The notes beneath the pieces were generated by a model. The model was not told where the DNA came from and made no database searches. It was given only the letters and a program-made list of their open reading frames with translations. A stretch of 64,000 bases of DNA from Selaginella moellendorffii. Lineage: Eukaryota > Plantae > Lycopodiophyta. The position numbers were made by a program, and so were the translations under genes. Shown one piece after another: positions 60,677-64,000 of this stretch. The stretch covers positions 788,693 through 852,692 of the forward strand of contig NW_003314284.1 of the NCBI RefSeq assembly GCF_000143415.4, read 5' to 3'. Numbering within the stretch: position 1 is the first letter of the stretch; the number at the start of each line of letters is the position of its first letter.

Positions 60677-62367
60677 ATGGACCAAACTAAAGGTAGGAGC
60701 TTACCTCCAATGACTCGAAAAAACTCCGTGAGGCTCCTTGCAGCTATGTTGCTGAGTCTCTTACTCCTCGTGGCACTTCATTCCACTGCGCCAGAGAGCT
60801 TCCACTTCGATCTACTTCGCCGCCTTCTTTCACCCAAGGCAAGAGCTCCTCCAGCCAGTTCACGGGACGCGCAAGTGATCCTCCAGCGTGTGTCTGAGAA
60901 TGGAACTAGACCATGCCACAATATCAGCACGGAAGCCGCTTACTTCTTCGGCCTTCCCATGGAAGGAAACGGGGAGGAGATGATTACCTTGTCCACGGAA
61001 GTCTCCCACAAGTTTTGGATAGTCTCGTACGCAGCAGACGGAAGCAGGAGATGCCATGGAGGAGATTTCTACGAGATTGATCTCTCGGGTAAGTAAAAGA
61101 GTGTGTTCTTTTCGAGCGTTGTTGGAAAGATCCTTTCAACTGCAGGTCACCAATGGAAGTCACGGCCATCAGTAACAGACCTTGGAGATGGCTCTTATCT
61201 CGTGGAGCTCAGAGTCGACGGAGAATTCACGGGCATCTACACGCTGAGGGCCATTCTCTTGTACTCCAACTTCCACGGGATGGATCACTCCGCAACCGAA
61301 TGGGCTGTGGACAAGGAAGTGTTCCGCCTCCAAATCCACTTCACTTCTTCTACTGGTGGCAGCACAAGGACTACTCTTCCACTATGCACCAGCAGCGACT
61401 TCACCTCGAAAAAACCGTGGTTAGGCAAGTGGACCCGAACAAAGTTCGACGAGTCTTGCGCGCTCGACGAGGATGGACGTTACCTTTGCCTAAGAGACGA
61501 CGAGCAGTGCGACGAGAGCCAGTGCAGTGGAGCTCTCGAGCGCCTGGAGAGTAACGGATGGGTGTACTCTGCGCACTGTAAGTTCCGGATATGGAGCACC
61601 ACCGAGGCGTGGAAGTGCCTGGACGGGAAGAAGCTCTTCTTCTGGGGTGACTCTAACCACAGAGACACCATTCGAAACCTCCTCAACCTTGTTCTTGGCA
61701 TGAATGAAATCATCGAGCAGCGTTCCATCATCATCAACGTCACAAACCCGGCAAACCCTGCACAAAATCTACGCGTTTTTCAGATTTACAACGGTGCTCC
61801 GGATCCAGGAAAAGTTTTCCTAGGACTCAGGTCACTAGATGAACCGGCTTACCTTGAGCTTGTCAAGAAGGAGTTTTTTCAAGGAGGAGTGCCGGACGCG
61901 GTGATACTTAACTCGGGCCTCCATGATGGACACGCCTGGAAAATCCCCGGGAGTTTGCCACAGCGGCCAAGACCGCTGCACTGTTCTGGAAGTCACTGTT
62001 GCGGGAGAGCAACAAAGCACGCGTGGTCTTCCGTAACACGGTCGCCGTGGCTGGAAGTATAAGAGCTGATCCCTCCAATCCTCAAAAAATGGAAGCTTTC
62101 AACTCGATCTTGAGTGACGAGTTCCAGCGACAGTTCCGAGCTCTGGAGAACCTGGTCATGTTTGTGGATAACTATGACATGACTTTTCCTTGGCACTATG
62201 ATCACTGCTGCAGCGATGGGGGGCACTATGGAGTTGCGCCTTCGTTGTCACCATGGTTTGGCACGATTGGCCACTATTACTTTGTTGATTTGGTGCTCAT
62301 TCATGTGCTTCTTACCACCATTTGCTCTTACCCTGGCAAAACAAAAGTTAAGACTGATCATAAGTGA
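60677..62367 (+). CDS. Ig-like/SGNH protein paralog B; intron 61089-61145; apparent 1-bp frameshift at ~61940
   Basis: TM, GGDFYEIDL, VTDLGDGSYLVEL, WGDSNH, LNSGLHD; the C-terminal PSNPQK..SDGGHYG lies in a different frame. Confidence 0.75.
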
Positions 62368-62591
62368 GTTTCAACAAAATGTTACCTCCAATGTCATCTC
62401 GACTGCCAGCTCCTCTAGGAAGCTAGGATTTCATTCTCTTAACGTCAGATACACCAAATCCATATAAATGCTCAAGCTCAAGCTAATTTCAAAGCACGCA
62501 TGCAAAACTTACAGTACAAAGGTTGGAGAGAATGTTTGGCTTAACGGCCAGTCACTTTGGTAGCTGCTTCAATGAATCGCCTTTGAGGCAT

Positions 62592-64000
62592 ATGAACTCC
62601 ACTATGAACGGAATTATTTTGATTTCTCTGGGTGCTTTCTTGTTGCTAGCACTGCATTTATGCACACCATTAAGTTACTACTCTGATTTGCTGTTCGAAT
62701 TCAAAGACAGAGTACCTTCGATGTCGTCCCCCAACGCAAACAAGCGTTCGTCTTTCAACGAGTCTACAAGCATCTTCTTCAAGCGTTTCTCTGAGTATGG
62801 CAAACAGGAATGTCACAACGTAAGTACTACCGCTGCTCTCTTCTTTGGGCTCCCTAGAGCAGAGAATGGAGGCGAAATTACCTTGTCCACTGATGTTCTT
62901 CACAAGATTTGGATCGTCTCATATGCTGCTAGCGGAAACAGGAGATGCTTTGGAGGAGACTTCTACGAGACGGATCTCTCCAGTTAAGTTTGTTCTGAAA
63001 GTTTTTGTTCTCACGAATTTTCTATCATCTGTAGGTCCTCAATGGAAATCAAGGCCACCAATCACAGATGTCGGAGATGGCTCTTACCTCGTCGAGCTGA
63101 AAGTGGATGAGGAATTCGCTGGAAACTACACCTTCAAGGTTATCCTTCTATACTCCAACTTTCGTGGACTGGAGCATCAGCCGGGTCCATGGGCCCTTAC
63201 GAAAGAGATGCTAACCGTCCAAATCCGTTTTACTACCAGCCGAAAAAGAAATCCTCATCTTGCAACCTGCACCAGCCACGACTTCGTGTCAGCAACAACA
63301 TGGTCAGGCAAATGGACTAGAACAAAATTCAACGAGTCCTGTCAGCTCGACAAGGAAGGACGTTACCGTTGCTTGGGAGAACATGAGGAGTGCGATGACA
63401 GCCAATGCATTGGCAACCTTGAGAGCTTGGAGAGCAACGGATGGGTGTATTCAGCTCACTGTAAGTTCCGCATCTGGAACGCAGCCGATGCATGGAAGTG
63501 CTTGGACGGGAAGAAGCTCTTCTTCTGGGGCGACTCAAACCACCAAGACACAATCCGGAACCTCATGAACTTTGTTCTTGGTCTGAAGCAGGAATACATA
63601 GAACGGATCTTCATGGCCAACGTCACCAATCCATCCAATCCTGCACAGAATTTCAGCTTAGTATCGATCTTCAACGGACATGCAGATCCAAACCAAAACT
63701 TACTGGGTCTAGGCTCGCTCTACGTACCGGCATATCGTGATCTGGTCAAGAACGAATTCTTTCGTGGTCGAGCTCCGGACGCAGTGATCATAAACTCGGG
63801 CATCCACGACGGGCACGCATGGAAAAAGGTTCATCACTTTGCCACAGCAGTTAAGACTGCTTCGGCTTTCTGGAGGTCACTGCTGGAAAACAAGAGCAGC
63901 ACTCGTGTCGTGATCCGCAACACGATCACCCTCGCCGCAATCAAAAGAAGTGACCCCTCCAATCCCCAGAAGATAGAAGTCTTCAACTCCATACTGAGCA
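62592..64000 (+). CDS. Ig-like/SGNH protein paralog C (runs off the window end); intron 62983-63034
   Basis: TM, GGDFYETDL, ITDVGDGSYLVEL, FFWGDSNH, INSGIHD, PSNPQK. Confidence 0.8.

Overview
Gene-dense eukaryotic plant DNA with very short (about 50-150 nt) introns, intronless PLS-class PPR genes and an expanded BSP/PR-17 family. This is most consistent with the lycophyte Selaginella (inference, not verified). In order: a decayed LINE and unassigned degenerate DNA (1-6.5 kb); a BSP/PR-17 birth-and-death array (3 intact genes, 2 pseudogenes, 1 fragment); a MES11-type methylesterase; three PPR-E genes; a multi-MATH protein; a B1-type Raf kinase; spermidine synthase; a HOL halide/thiol methyltransferase; an FHA protein; an LMBR1 protein; a DHX57-like helicase; a 2OG-Fe(II) dioxygenase; a nodulin-like MFS transporter; RCL1; and three paralogs of an uncharacterised TM/Ig-like/SGNH (GDS...DxxH) family. 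The main structure not explained by gene calls is two nested duplications with reciprocal gene loss. One is an inverted copy (~10.0-14.2 kb vs ~53.0-58.0 kb). The other is a direct duplication of the helicase/RCL1 tail-to-tail junction that flanks the right-hand copy. Four GC-AG introns cluster in two adjacent genes. I found no convincing new multi-gene system; the best candidate for uncharacterised biology is the Ig-SGNH family. Exon structures were read by eye and boundaries of degenerate elements are approximate.
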